In this document: in pieces, positions 34,479 to 47,335 of the stretch
Numbering within the stretch: the stretch's first letter is position 1
How the letters are laid out: each line of letters starts with the position of its first letter
Assembly: GCA_900617105.1 (NCBI GenBank)
Contig: UYFQ01000310.1
Coordinates: 1-47,335 of the forward strand
Reading direction: 5' to 3'
Source: Hydrurus foetidus
Lineage: Eukaryota
DNA length: 47,335 nt
The notes under the pieces: generated by a model
What the model was told of the DNA's origin: nothing
Seen by the model: the letters and a program-made list of their open reading frames with translations, nothing else
Database searches by the model: none
Position numbers and translations under genes: made by a program

Positions 34479-37400
34479 ATGAAAGGCAGAGGCAGAGGCC
34501 GAGAGCACAATCCCGCAGGCGGTGGAGCAAACCCTGCCAATAGTGGCAGAGGGAATGCTGGCCGTGGTGCGATGCCTCCACCAAGAACAGGAACGGTAGC
34601 CGCGATCGCCGCATTCCTGGATCTTGGAAGAAAGATGAACCATGGTAGCGTAAGCGCATGGATGAGAAAGTTTCGCGAATACACACGTGCAAACTACAAG
34701 TCCGATATCTGCGAAATATTCGGCAATGAGGGCATACCGGGTACTTACCCGCAATGTATCGCTCCGGTAGACATACCTCTCGATGCTGGGTTTATGGTCG
34801 CTACCAAATGGAAGAGAGCACTAGAGCTCTACGACAAGCTAGTCCTGACACTAAGGGAAGACCGAAAACAAGTTTTCGGTCTCATGCTGGGACAGATTGG
34901 TGAGCAGTCAAAGTCGACAGTAAGAGAAACGAAATCCGGCATTACGGCTATGCTAGAGGAGGACCCGCTATTGCTACTCCGAGCAATCATTCTGACCCAC
35001 CTCTCAGACCCGAGACTAGGTGCGGATCAGAATTTGCTGAGAGTACGCATGGCGTATGAGACCGTGAGAATGGAGCCGAACGACGCGTTGAAATTCTACT
35101 ACCAGCGCTTCAAAGCGCTGAAGACTGGTTACGAGGACACCATGCATACCCTAGGGGTCATGCCGAATACAACGAGGCCATGACCGCCCACAACGAAATA
35201 CGTTGTGGATGAAGTTCATGAACGGGTTGAATTCGGGGTACCGTCATAATATAGAGTACTACGAGCACAGACTCAAAGACTGGCCAGAGGCTCTCGAGGA
35301 CGCGTACCTCGAGATGGCCAAGGTAACACCGAAGAAAGCAGCTGCTGCTGCAACACCACCCAACCAGACCAACATTTTCGCGACGAAAACGGCTGGAGGT
35401 GAGAAACCAGCGGAGAAAGGTAAAGTCAATCGGAACGGGGGCAGAGGGAAGGGTGGGCGTACGTCGTACGGCACCCGTCCCGGGAACTGTAATCGGTGTG
35501 GTGTAGCTGGATACTACTCTTATGAGTGCACGGCCAAGGATAGCCAAGCGGGTGCACAAGCACCGAGTGGAAAGTCGGTAAACCAACCGAGATACATTAT
35601 TCCTCACCTGTACACTCACCCACACCTACACCCGTACATACACCTGCACTTGCATTCCCACACACACTTATACATACACGCACCGATCCTCCATGTTTGG
35701 CTGATTCCACTAGCGGAATTGAAACATGTGATCATATTGTTTTTAGTGCTAATACATGTAATATATATAACACGATTAGAAGTAGACACATACTGCTTGA
35801 TACATGTGCTGGTGAGTCGGTATTCAACGACTCATCCCTGCTGCACAGTGTCGAACACGCACCCACACCCGGGATTGTTAGCGGGGTAAATCCGAATGGA
35901 AAACCGCTGAAATCAAGAAACGTGGGGTGTCGGCGTTCGGCAATGTGTATTATAGCGTTGACTGTGCTGGTAACATATTGTCTTCTGGTATCGCTCTACG
36001 TGACTGTACTGATGTTAAGTACTTACGTGACTATGATTGTTACATAGTGCAAGATGTCAGCGGAAAATATTTTTATATACACTCACGAGATGAAACTATG
36101 AATATATACCACTGCAATCTTGATACTATGGTAACAGAATGCACGCCAATGTTAGTTACGACAGTAGAACAGAACAAGAAATATTCAGTTAGAGAAGTCA
36201 GAGACACGTCGTTAGCTAGAGACTATCAGCGTAGATTAGGATACGCTAGCGCAGCACAGACTATTAAGTTGATATCCCAAGGGAATTTGACTAATAGCAA
36301 AGTGACTGCGCGAGACGTACATAGAGCCATTGATATATGGGGACCGGACGTGGGATCCCTTAAGGGGAAGACCACTAGTCACCAGGCCAAGTTAGAAGAG
36401 AAGTTACCATTGATAGGTATAGAGTACAAGACAGAACAAATCATGTACGTAGATATAATGTTCGTCAACCAGGTACCATATCTAGTATCAGTTGTTCAGC
36501 CTATCGAGTTCCTATACGTTAGCAAGTTAGCTAACAGAGAACACAAGAGCATATGGAACAGTTTAAAGACTTCATTAGCAAGCATGGTAAAGTACAGATT
36601 CAGAGTTAAAATGATCCGAGTAGATGGCGAGGGTGCAATTAACACAGAATGGTTTCATAACAAAGTCGGCTTAAGAGGTATAGTATTAGACGTTACCGGA
36701 GCCGGAGAAGCCGTAGCCGTAGTCGAGCGTAAGATACGACACATAAAGGAGAGAGTCAGATCAGTGATTAATTCTCTGCCATTCTCATTAAACGAGAAAT
36801 TAGAAGTGTGGTTAGTTAAGTATGCAGTCAGTAGAATTGTATTAGCTCCCACACGTAACTCACTTAACGACATCAGTCCGAGAGAAAAATTAACCGGAAG
36901 AAATTTAGACGTAGATAAGGAGATTAAACATGGTTTTGGTGATTATGTCCAAGTGCATAATGATGTCATTAATAAATCTACCAAACCAAGAACAGCCGGG
37001 GCCATAGCACTAATGAGCTCCGGTAACCTAGAAGGTTCATGGTACTATATGCTGTTAGCTAACGAACGTATTGTAAAACGTACTAAAGCGACTGTACTAC
37101 CTATGCCTGATGAAGTGATATTACACTTGAATGTACTAGCTTCAAAAAGAAATCTGCCAATGTTAAACAGCCTGTATTTGAGAATAGTAATCACACTGTA
37201 TTCGATGGTGACGACGATGTTGAAGATGATAGTGCGTACATTGGTGATGTCGAATATGAAACTGTCGATAAAAATGCTAACGCAAACTACACCGATGAGA
37301 TTATTGAAGATAACGATCACAATGACAACGACACATATCTTGAATCACAACTCGACATGTCTGATGAAAATCAATAACCCACATTAGATGAGTACGTAGA

Positions 37401-39565
37401 TGACACACTAGAGTGTTTGCGCATCTGAAATGAGACACGTATATGATGAGATGACACTACATACAGAATCTCTATAATTTCCAATGCGCAAACACTCTAC
37501 TATATGTGAATGACACTACATATGACAATGACGAACTGTAATATGATGACACACATGATGATACACATGTACTCACACCGAAATATGATCAAGCTCTGAT
37601 AGATGACATATTTGGTATAAGTGATGATGAAGATGACTTCGCTGATGTAACTGTACACCCTGAAGTATTCACCCCACCTGACACCATAATAGACACCGCA
37701 TATGACCCACCTGTTATTATTCACCCGTGCTGCGTAGAAGTGGTAGAAATCACCAACTTGGAAAATGGGATAAGAAATATGTTGGTAACCTGTTTTACAA
37801 TCACACTCACCTGTACAAAATGACTGTTAATGAAGGAATTAATAAGTTAGGGGTGATAGCTGTTGATTCCATCACATCTGAACTGAAACAAATGTGTGAT
37901 AAGAATGTTTGGGAAGGTGTAACTTATGAATCCCTCACCCCACAACAAAAACGCACCATCATACCTAGTAGCATGTTCTTAAAAGAAAAGTATACTGCTG
38001 ATGGTATGTTTGAAAAACTGAAATCTAGACTAGTAGCCGGTGGGCACTTACAAGATAGAGATGTTTACAATAATGGCGCCTCACCTACTGCCAGCACATC
38101 CAGTGTATTCATATTGACTGCAATTGCTGCTAGACAGAACCGCGCTGTTGCCACTGTTGATTTCCCCGGTGCATTCCTGAATAGTGATATGCCGCTGACC
38201 GTTGACCATGTTGTACACATGCGCTTGAATAAACAACTGACTGCTGCATTAATTAAAATTGATGCAACATACAATAAATACGTGAACAAGAATGGAACGT
38301 GTATTGTTAAACTTAAAAAGGCACTATATGAATGTGTAGAATCTGCTAAGCTGTGGTATGATAAACTATCCTGTGATTTGATTAAACTCAACTATACTGC
38401 TAATGAACATGACATCTGCGTATTCAATAGAACTGAATTAGATAACACACAAACATCACTCGTAATTCATGTTGACGATGTGATTATCACTGCCTCAAAC
38501 GAATCTCGTGTCGATGATGTTATTCAGCAAATCGAAACTATATACCCCGGCCTAACTAAACATCGCGGAAAAGTTTTAAATTACATAGGAATGACTTTCG
38601 ACTTCACTAAGGAAGGAAGCGTTAAGACGACTATGCAAGGATTCGTGCAAGACCTCATTGAGGGGTGTAAGGAAATGCCGGGCACGGCCAACACACCTGC
38701 ACAATCTAACCTATTCACTGTACCTGACGAATGCGACTCACTTTTACCTGATGACTTGTGTGAGCGTTTCCATTCTATTACAGCGAAGCTCCTCTACTTG
38801 AGCGAGTGGACGAGGCCAGACATCTTGACTGCCGTAGCGTTCTTGACCAAGAGAGTGATAAAGCCCCAAAGGGACGACTACAACAAGTTGATGCGTACGG
38901 TACAGTACATACGGGGTATCCAGAACTTGGGCGTGACATTTGAAGTGCATGAACCTATACATGTTATTGCATATATCGATGCATCCTTCGCCATACACCC
39001 CGATATGAAAAGCCACACAGGTTGCGTTATTGCCCTGGAAAAGGGAGCGATCTATGCCAAGAGCGGTACCCAGCGTCTGATGACGAAGTCAAGCACAGAG
39101 GCCGAGCTCGTAGCGCTTAGCGACTCAGCTAATCAAGTACTATGGACCCGCAATTTCCTACGTTGCCAAGGAGACCATCAACCACCCGCACTTATCCATC
39201 AGGACAACCAATCCACCATTCAGCTGATACGGAACGGACGTTCGAACAGCGAACGTACGCGCCATGTCGACATACGGTACTTTTTCCTACACGATAGGAT
39301 GAGCACCGGCGACATAGATATACAATACCTACCGACAAAAGTGATGATTGCCGACATACTAACCAAACCCCTACAAGGAAAACTATTCCGGAAGCTCAGG
39401 AAGGAGCTGATCAACCATCACCCCACCGTCACGTACGCAGCCAACTGCAAGCCTGAGGAACGTACGGACAACACCGTGACTTGCTCACGACCCAAATCCA
39501 ACCCCAACTTCCAATACCCTTCAAAACCTACTACCACCTACAAGAGCGGAATGAAGACCATCTGA
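34479..39565 (+). pseudogene. gag-pol: Copia-2 gag-pol with multiple frameshifts and stops
   Basis: MKGRGRG start; CNRCGVAGYYSYEC (knuckle His to Tyr); LLDTCAGES; IRVDGE; KSRLVAGG; IHVDDV; YIDASFA; ADILTKPL. Confidence 0.92.
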
Positions 39566-39863
39566 GACCCGACCGATTCACACCACCGAATCGATCACCC
39601 CTGTTGCCCCTGACATGACTGCTACACCCTACTGCTGCCCTGTCATATCTACTGCCTCTTCCCGTCCGATCTGCTACCCCCCGTCATTTCTGCTGCCTTT
39701 CCAACATTACTGCTGCCCATCCTTCTTTACCTGCTACCCAACCGCTGCGCGCATTAATTAGGAGACGTACGGACGGACGACACGGACTACACGTGCCTAC
39801 ACCCCACTGAGAGAGAACCCTGACTCACGGACCCTAGACTTAGAATCGGAAAAAAACCCACAC

Positions 39864-40001
39864 TGGAGCGAGAATTTGGAGCGAGAACATCATGGAGCGA
39901 GACATTGGAGCGAGAAACACCACGGAGCGAGAACTAAGGAGCGAGATTTAGGAGCGTGGATCCTGGAACTAGGACCCTGGACCGGAGTTAATGGAGCGAG
40001 G
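39864..40001 (+). repeat. Short GGAGCGAGA direct-repeat cluster in the Copia-2 3' UTR
   Basis: About 7-8 copies of ggagcgaga separated by 4-8 nt variable spacers. Confidence 0.8.
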
Positions 40002-41047
40002 ACTCTGGACTGGACCCTGGATCGGAATCTGGATTCGATCATCTTATTCAATCAGTTAGCTGAGAAGATTTTAATAGCATACTACTTTTTGACTATAAAA
40101 TCACTTTCGCATTGTTTAACTCTACTGCTCGTACGGGTCAGCCAGAACGTACGATACTAATATTGCCCTGTGTGTACTAACGTATCTACCTTCACCCTAA
40201 AGGTCAACCTCACCATTACCTTAACTCCCTACCCTAAAACATCATGTTGTGATACACGACTCCTAGTCAAAGGAGCAATTTTGAATTTTATCTTTGCGTT
40301 TTAATCATCCGCATAGCCCCTACCCGACGACTCACGCCATAGGGGTGTGTCGGAATAACTGTGTGATAAGTAACCGTATAAGTCATTACGTATATACGCT
40401 TGATGACGTTGCACCGTCGTGTGCTGTGTGGGGGTCGCTACTCCACACGGTCCAAGTTCCTTTTAACCCAGGATCATCGAAAGCAACGAAAGTACACCAT
40501 ATTTGACTGTGTGGGACAGCGCGATCTTGTCGGCTGTCTCCATGAACAATGTAAGACACGTTGCATTGTTAATTACCTTTAACCTCACAAACAGCAGAAC
40601 TTTCTCTTCGAGCCGAGTCAGTTGCTAGGTACATGTGCAGAAGTTGCAGAAGGAGAGCGTACGCAGGAAGATCTAGTGCGACATTCAGTGAGACTGAAAG
40701 CCAACTGTACGACAAAGGGTCCTGGGAACTCAAGGGTGTGTTTTTAATTGGTACCAGTGTCAAAAAGGCTGTACCTTTTTGTTCTGAGTCCTGTTCTTCT
40801 CTCAGGAACCGAGAAACTTGGAAACCGAGTAGAATCCATGCTCTCACCCTGTTTGTCTGTAACCCACAGAGGCGAGTCCAGAACGATCACAACTACTGCT
40901 GGTTGTTGCCGACAAACATATTTTATATATTAGTGTCGTATAGATGTTAATATATCGCACGAGGTTGGACTGTTGTGTGGTTGAGTATGGGTCCATGGAT
41001 AGAGTATGAGATAGACAAATTAAATATCTCTCACATCTCTACCCAGG

Positions 41048-42600
<1,553 letters not shown>

Positions 42601-42696
42601 GTATCCCGTTGGTGATCGATGTTCCACTTTGTGATAAGTGAATGTAATGTTATATCGGTGGAGAGGATGATGTGTGTTATGTGTATGAGAGAATGA

Positions 42697-42919
42697 TTAG
42701 ATCTGAGATTGCAATACTTCTTTTATTTCAATCCAAAAGTTGCGGAAATCCTTCTCGTCAATTATCTCTCTTCTAGGATTGCATAACGCTAGAGTTTCTT
42801 TTTGCTTGTGAATTTTAATTTTCTTCGGTTTGTCCAACTTAGAATCTTTGAGAAGGAGATCTTCTATTGTTCCACCGCGGGAGAGAAAGTCAATTCGCCA
42901 GTTGTCTTCAGCAGACAAG
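42697..42919 (-). pseudogene. C-terminal RNase H remnant of the YR retrotransposon, cut by the Gypsy-3 LTR
   Basis: (H)LSAEDNWRIDFLSRGG resembles the HxxGxxNxxADxLSR RNase H end; lies directly upstream of the YR. Confidence 0.6.
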
Positions 42920-45900
42920 TGTGGCTCTGGATGGGGAAAGGAAGAGGGGATGTCTAAAGGTAGTAGTTAGTTACAGCGGGGAAAGCTAGAAGCTAGGGTG
43001 AACTTCTACGTGGAGGCTGTAAGTGGCTACGACAATACAACAGTCTGTAGTGTACAGTGGGTAGTGTACCGTAGTACTATCCGGTAGGATCGGGACCTTG
43101 GACCCGGAACTACCACACTACCCCCACTTATCCTTCTTTCTCAACGAAAAATCTAACCTACACTAAACTATGGCGAAACCCCCGTTTCTTTGTTTGAAAA
43201 TACCAATATTTAACTAACAACATAACAGAAACCGAAAATCAAAACTATTTACAATAAATACAAATGTGCATGTATATACAAAAGAAATTTCGAAGGGATT
43301 TCGGAGATATTGAGAAAGATAAGAATAAAAGAGTATGTACAAAAACAGAATCGTTCTGTTGTACGAGGGTCAAACGTAATTATGTCAGATTTTTACTGAC
43401 TAAAAAAACCATAAAACTCCCTTGTGAGGACAAAAATTAGGCCAAAAAATCTTCAAAAGATATTACGTTTGAGCCCAAACCTCGGTGGTTGATCCCTCAA
43501 GATTTCTGGGAACAAAACGCGACATGTTATTGTTCCTCAAGTATACATGAGTGCGTCACAGAGCCGGAGATTCTTCCAAGGCTCCCATGTATTATGTGAG
43601 TCATCATAGTTGAGCCATTTCGCATGGAACGACATCGTAGTCGGTTTCTTTGAATCACCCGAGTGATTAAGAACTTTCACAACGAAATACTCCATGTAAT
43701 CGCGACGTGCTGTATCAGCAGGTAAGCCCATCGAAGGGTCATAATTGAATATTTTAAGATTCTTTACATGTACACTATTGTGTTTATGTGTAATTAAGTT
43801 CGCGAGAACATACTCGGATCCTTCAAAGGATGCGACACGGAAAGGACCTTTCCATTTAGTGTGTAATCGAGTTGGAGGATGTTCTTGTTTTACCAAAACA
43901 TACGACCCTGTAGGGAATACTGTCAAACCGGATGTCGACTTTTTGTGTTTTTCATCACATTTTTGAAGTAAATCGATCGCCGCATCAAGAACCTTGTCCT
44001 GTATTTCGATCAAATCAGCGATGTGTGTTAAATTTGAAGATGTTATCATTGGTAACAAATGAGGTGTTAAAATCCCTCGATTCAAATCAAGTTTATCCGC
44101 GAATAGGATAGATGCCGGGCTTGCACCCGTACGTTTATTAACTGAACTATTAATAATTCGTTGTACGAACGGAATGCATTTTGCATAATGGACAAGAGAC
44201 GGTGTATCGAACACCAGTCCTTTTAAATGTCTATTTACCTCTTTGTTGACTCGTTCAACAATCGCATTTTCTGAGAGGAATAAGATAGAGTGAGGTTGTG
44301 GGGTGTACTCGTAAGATCTAAGAACTCTTTTATCAGATCATTAGCGAAATGGGATCCACGATCCGATCTTATCATGTTTGGCGAGCCGAATTGACCAAAA
44401 TGTGTAAATAAACTTTCTACTGCAGATTCAGCAGTAGCGTCCTTACACTAGAACATTTCTGTCCACCTGGAGAAGGTGTCAATTATGACGAGAATATACC
44501 CCTTATCGGGGAAGGGACCCACATAGTCAATATTCAACGTATCGAAAATTGCGTGAGTGGATGTTGAAAAATGAGCCGCATTGATTTTTGCATCAGCCGC
44601 ACTTAGTTTTTGACAACAGGGGCAGTTACGTATGTACGAACGGACGTGCTGTTTCATATTTTTCCACACTTGGTTCAGACTGTACAGTCGAGTGAGGGTA
44701 CGGTCGACACCGTTGTGACCAACAGTTGCATTGTGGCACATTTGAATATGAAGTATTTGTTCATCTATGGCCGGTTCGAAAACCGTTAAAGCCGCCACAC
44801 TTGTTGAAGAAGATGACGATGATGATGATGATGATAAAACATCTCTGATAATTGTCATCGGTAGAGCAATCTCAGTAAGGTTCGGACATAACCGTGACAG
44901 CGCATCGGCTAATTCGTTATCCGATCCTTTCACAAAATGAACGGTGAAATCGAGTTCTTGAATTGCAATTAACCACCGTGCTACAATCAAAGTAGGGTTT
45001 TGCTTCATATATGTCAAATTCATATGATCAGTATGAATAGTGAATTTTCTGTCTCGAATAAGATTATCGAGTTGTTGGCGGCAATAAAATATAGCGTAAG
45101 CCTCCTTTTGTATTGTCGACCAATCTATCTGCGATGCAGATAGAGATTTGCTAATAAAAGCGATTGGTTTCCACTCGTCATTAACGACTTGGAATAAGAC
45201 ACCACCGATTCCATAATCAGATGCATCAGTATACAATCTGATGGGTGAGGTTTCATCGATGAAATACATCAATGGACCACGAGATACCGCGATCTTTGTC
45301 TCATTGAATGCGTTTGTCCCTTTGGGGGTCCAAATAATTGAAGAGCTTTTAACCGCCTTTGGGTCCACCATCATGTGAAGTGGTTTAACCTTTTCCGAAT
45401 GAAATGGTACAAATTGACGGAAATAATTGGCTAAGCCAAGGAATCCCCGTAACGCCGTAACCTCTTTCGGAAGTGGAAAGTTAAGAACTGTCTCAATCTT
45501 TTCTTTCGACATGGATAAACCATCTTTGTCGATGACTCGTCCAACGTATTCGATACGCTTGAGACCGAATCGGCGTTTGTTTGCTTTGAGTTTAAGATTC
45601 TTAAGTCGAAATCTTTCAAAGACTTTTCTCAATTTCATGAGAAACTCTGCCTCGCCCCGGCCATATACAATGTAATCGTCGAGATACATGTCGCAACAGC
45701 TGTATATGAGACCGTGAAGGACCGTTGTCACCATCTGCTCTTGAAAGTAAGAGGGGGCACGACAAGGGCCAAAAGGCAATCTCGTGAATTGAAACACCCC
45801 CATGAGACATATAAATGCCATATAGATTCGGTGGGGTGTATATAAGGGAGCTTGATGGTAACCCGCGGTTAAATCCATCACCCCATAAATATCCAGTTTT

Positions 45901-47335
45901 CGATTACCGATCCTCTCAAAGAGGTGTTTGATATTTGGTAGTGGAAAGGAGGCCGGCTCAATGCATTCATTGAGTGCTCGATAATCGATGCAGGTTCGAT
46001 ATGTATCGGCTGTCTTATTAACCATTACAGGATGACTGTAGTATGCAGCGTTCGACCTCTCTATCACACCATCTTCCAACATCTCTTCGATAGAAGTGCG
46101 GAGATAATGTTCCTTTTTAGAGGATTGGGGTCGCACTGGTCTGCGGTTCGATGGAACCTCCCATTTTTGCCTAGGCAATTTGATTTTAAACGGTTTGAGG
46201 TCAGCAGCTTGCGGAGCTAGATTATCGCTGAATATATCAGCGAATTCAGAACAGAGAAAACGAAGATCCTTCTGAAGGCTTTCATCTCCTTCAAAATGAA
46301 TCTCAGACAAGAAATCATCCGGCCCATTAGGCGGTACATTCCGGCACGTCTTGTCACGCAAGAAAGGTGCGAGGGTATCAGTCTTATCATCGTCAATCTC
46401 GTCAACGGAGAGTGCGACACCGCTTGGCCATACGGCTTCCGCGTCATAGTCTGATGTAACAGTGTCCCCAGAGGTATGTGTGGGGATGGGAATCGAGTCA
46501 CCATCTAGGTGCGGGGTATCACCCGTACGTTTCGCGAGTACAGTCGAGACACTGTCCAGTCGCTCACAACCCACATCACCACATGGACTTTGGGTCATGA
46601 CTCCCTCGGTACCATCCTGGGTAACGTTACACGTGAACGTTGTATGACAACCTGACCCTACGACTTCCTTGGTTAGAGGTGCGTGCAGAATGGCCTTCTT
46701 AGGTGTTGGCCTTGGGCATAGACCGTATGGTTCTCTCCGATCCGAAAGTTTTGCCTTTGTGATAGTCTTCAACATATCGTACGTTGGGGTAATCGACTCT
46801 ACTTCCGGTTCTTCGGGTACGAACCCCTCAGATATCATATGGCTGGTATATTTGTGCCAGTGAAGCCGGTCGAGCTTGGCTATTGCTTCGCTTTCTTCAA
46901 ACTCGAGCCAACGAGCATCACGCTTCCTTTTGTTCTCAGCACTAAGCTCGAGAGAAATACCAAAAGCGAAAGGTGTCAATGACATAAAATCATATTTATT
47001 TACAGTTTTGCGACTTAATAAAAGTTCAATATCTGTGTTTCTATTAACCCACATTGTTAAAGGAATGGTATGACACTCGCCGTCATAGGAATGAAATTTA
47101 AGAATTAAATCAATCATTTCTTTATTTATATAGCACTGGCCATCGAAACCAGAGCAAACAGTTCTGCTAAGGTGTGACCCCCTTGTTTGTTTTTGCAAAA
47201 GTATTGCATTATCAACGTGCCAACACTCTCTATCGGAAGAAGGTTTTGCCAATTAAGCCTTTGCTCATTGGTAATCACTGACAGCGTCGCCTGATCAGTC
47301 ATGATTTTAACATGAAGCAAATCGGTTGCTTGACG
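42920..47335 (-). mobile_element. Ty3/Gypsy chromodomain element (Gypsy-3); 5' part lies outside the window
   Basis: 3' LTR 42920-43117 (TGTGG...CCACA); PPT GAAAGAAGGATAAGTGGGGGTAG; pol ORFs. Confidence 0.93.
43537..47252 (-). pseudogene. pol: Gypsy-3 pol (RT, RH, IN, chromodomain), interrupted near 44270-44450
   Basis: RTCIDYRALN, RLPFG, YLDD, LYTDASDYGIGG, HNATVGHNG..CPCC, IDYVGP, KWKGPF, HAKWLNY..NTWEP. Confidence 0.92.

Larger units (their letters stand above)
34078..40714 (+). mobile_element. Ty1/Copia LTR retrotransposon (Copia-2), full length, related to Copia-1
   Basis: 367-bp LTRs 34078-34444 and 40348-40714 (6 differences counted); TSD AAGGG at 34073-34077 and 40715-40719; PPT ATAGGGGTG 40339-40347. 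Confidence 0.97.
32251..40721. mobile_element. Non-autonomous TIR DNA element (~1.8 kb net) whose right TIR is split by Copia-2; 4-bp TSD CTGG
   Basis: Left GACCCTTTGCATGATCAGCGCATCCAT; right, after removing Copia-2 and one AAGGG, ATGGATGTGCTGACCATGCAAAGGGTC (25/27 match); CTGG at 32247-32250 and 40722-40725. Confidence 0.75.

Noticed and set aside
39864..39960. CRISPR-like repeat-spacer pattern
   Set aside because: Repeats are only 9 nt, spacers 4-8 nt, the context is a eukaryotic retrotransposon UTR, and there are no cas genes.

Overview
This is eukaryotic, transposon-dense DNA, probably stramenopile (inferred from the PTxxPT surface-protein repeats and element types). About 80% of it is nested mobile DNA. 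It holds two full-length related Ty1/Copia elements (1379-7409 minus; 34078-40714 plus with TSD AAGGG) and a third Copia relic; three chromodomain Ty3/Gypsy elements (13998-20181 plus, 22599-28340 plus, 42920-end minus) plus scrambled Gypsy fragments; a pogo/Fot1-like transposase relic; a non-autonomous TIR element; and a DIRS/Ngaro-like tyrosine-recombinase relic. The only clear host gene is a secreted mucin-like Pro/Thr protein with a 48-bp repeat array (7593-13997), truncated by a Gypsy element. Many single-base frameshifts fall in homopolymers, suggesting long-read error. The most interesting signals are non-coding. (1) None of the LTR elements whose 5' end is visible has a tRNA primer site. 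Both Copia elements instead have an 11-nt PBS perfectly complementary to a site inside their own LTR (Tf1-like self-priming), plus a hairpin arm just upstream that could mask the 3' copy; the Gypsy elements have covarying palindromes at the PBS position. (2) Both complete Gypsy elements carry a predicted short GT-AG intron at the gag/protease boundary whose removal shifts frame and ends Gag in ...KK-stop. (3) A GGGAGTT...TCTGACATAAT motif is conserved in the 3' UTRs of three Gypsy families. (4) The young Copia-1 is flanked by a ~380-bp duplication instead of a 5-bp TSD.
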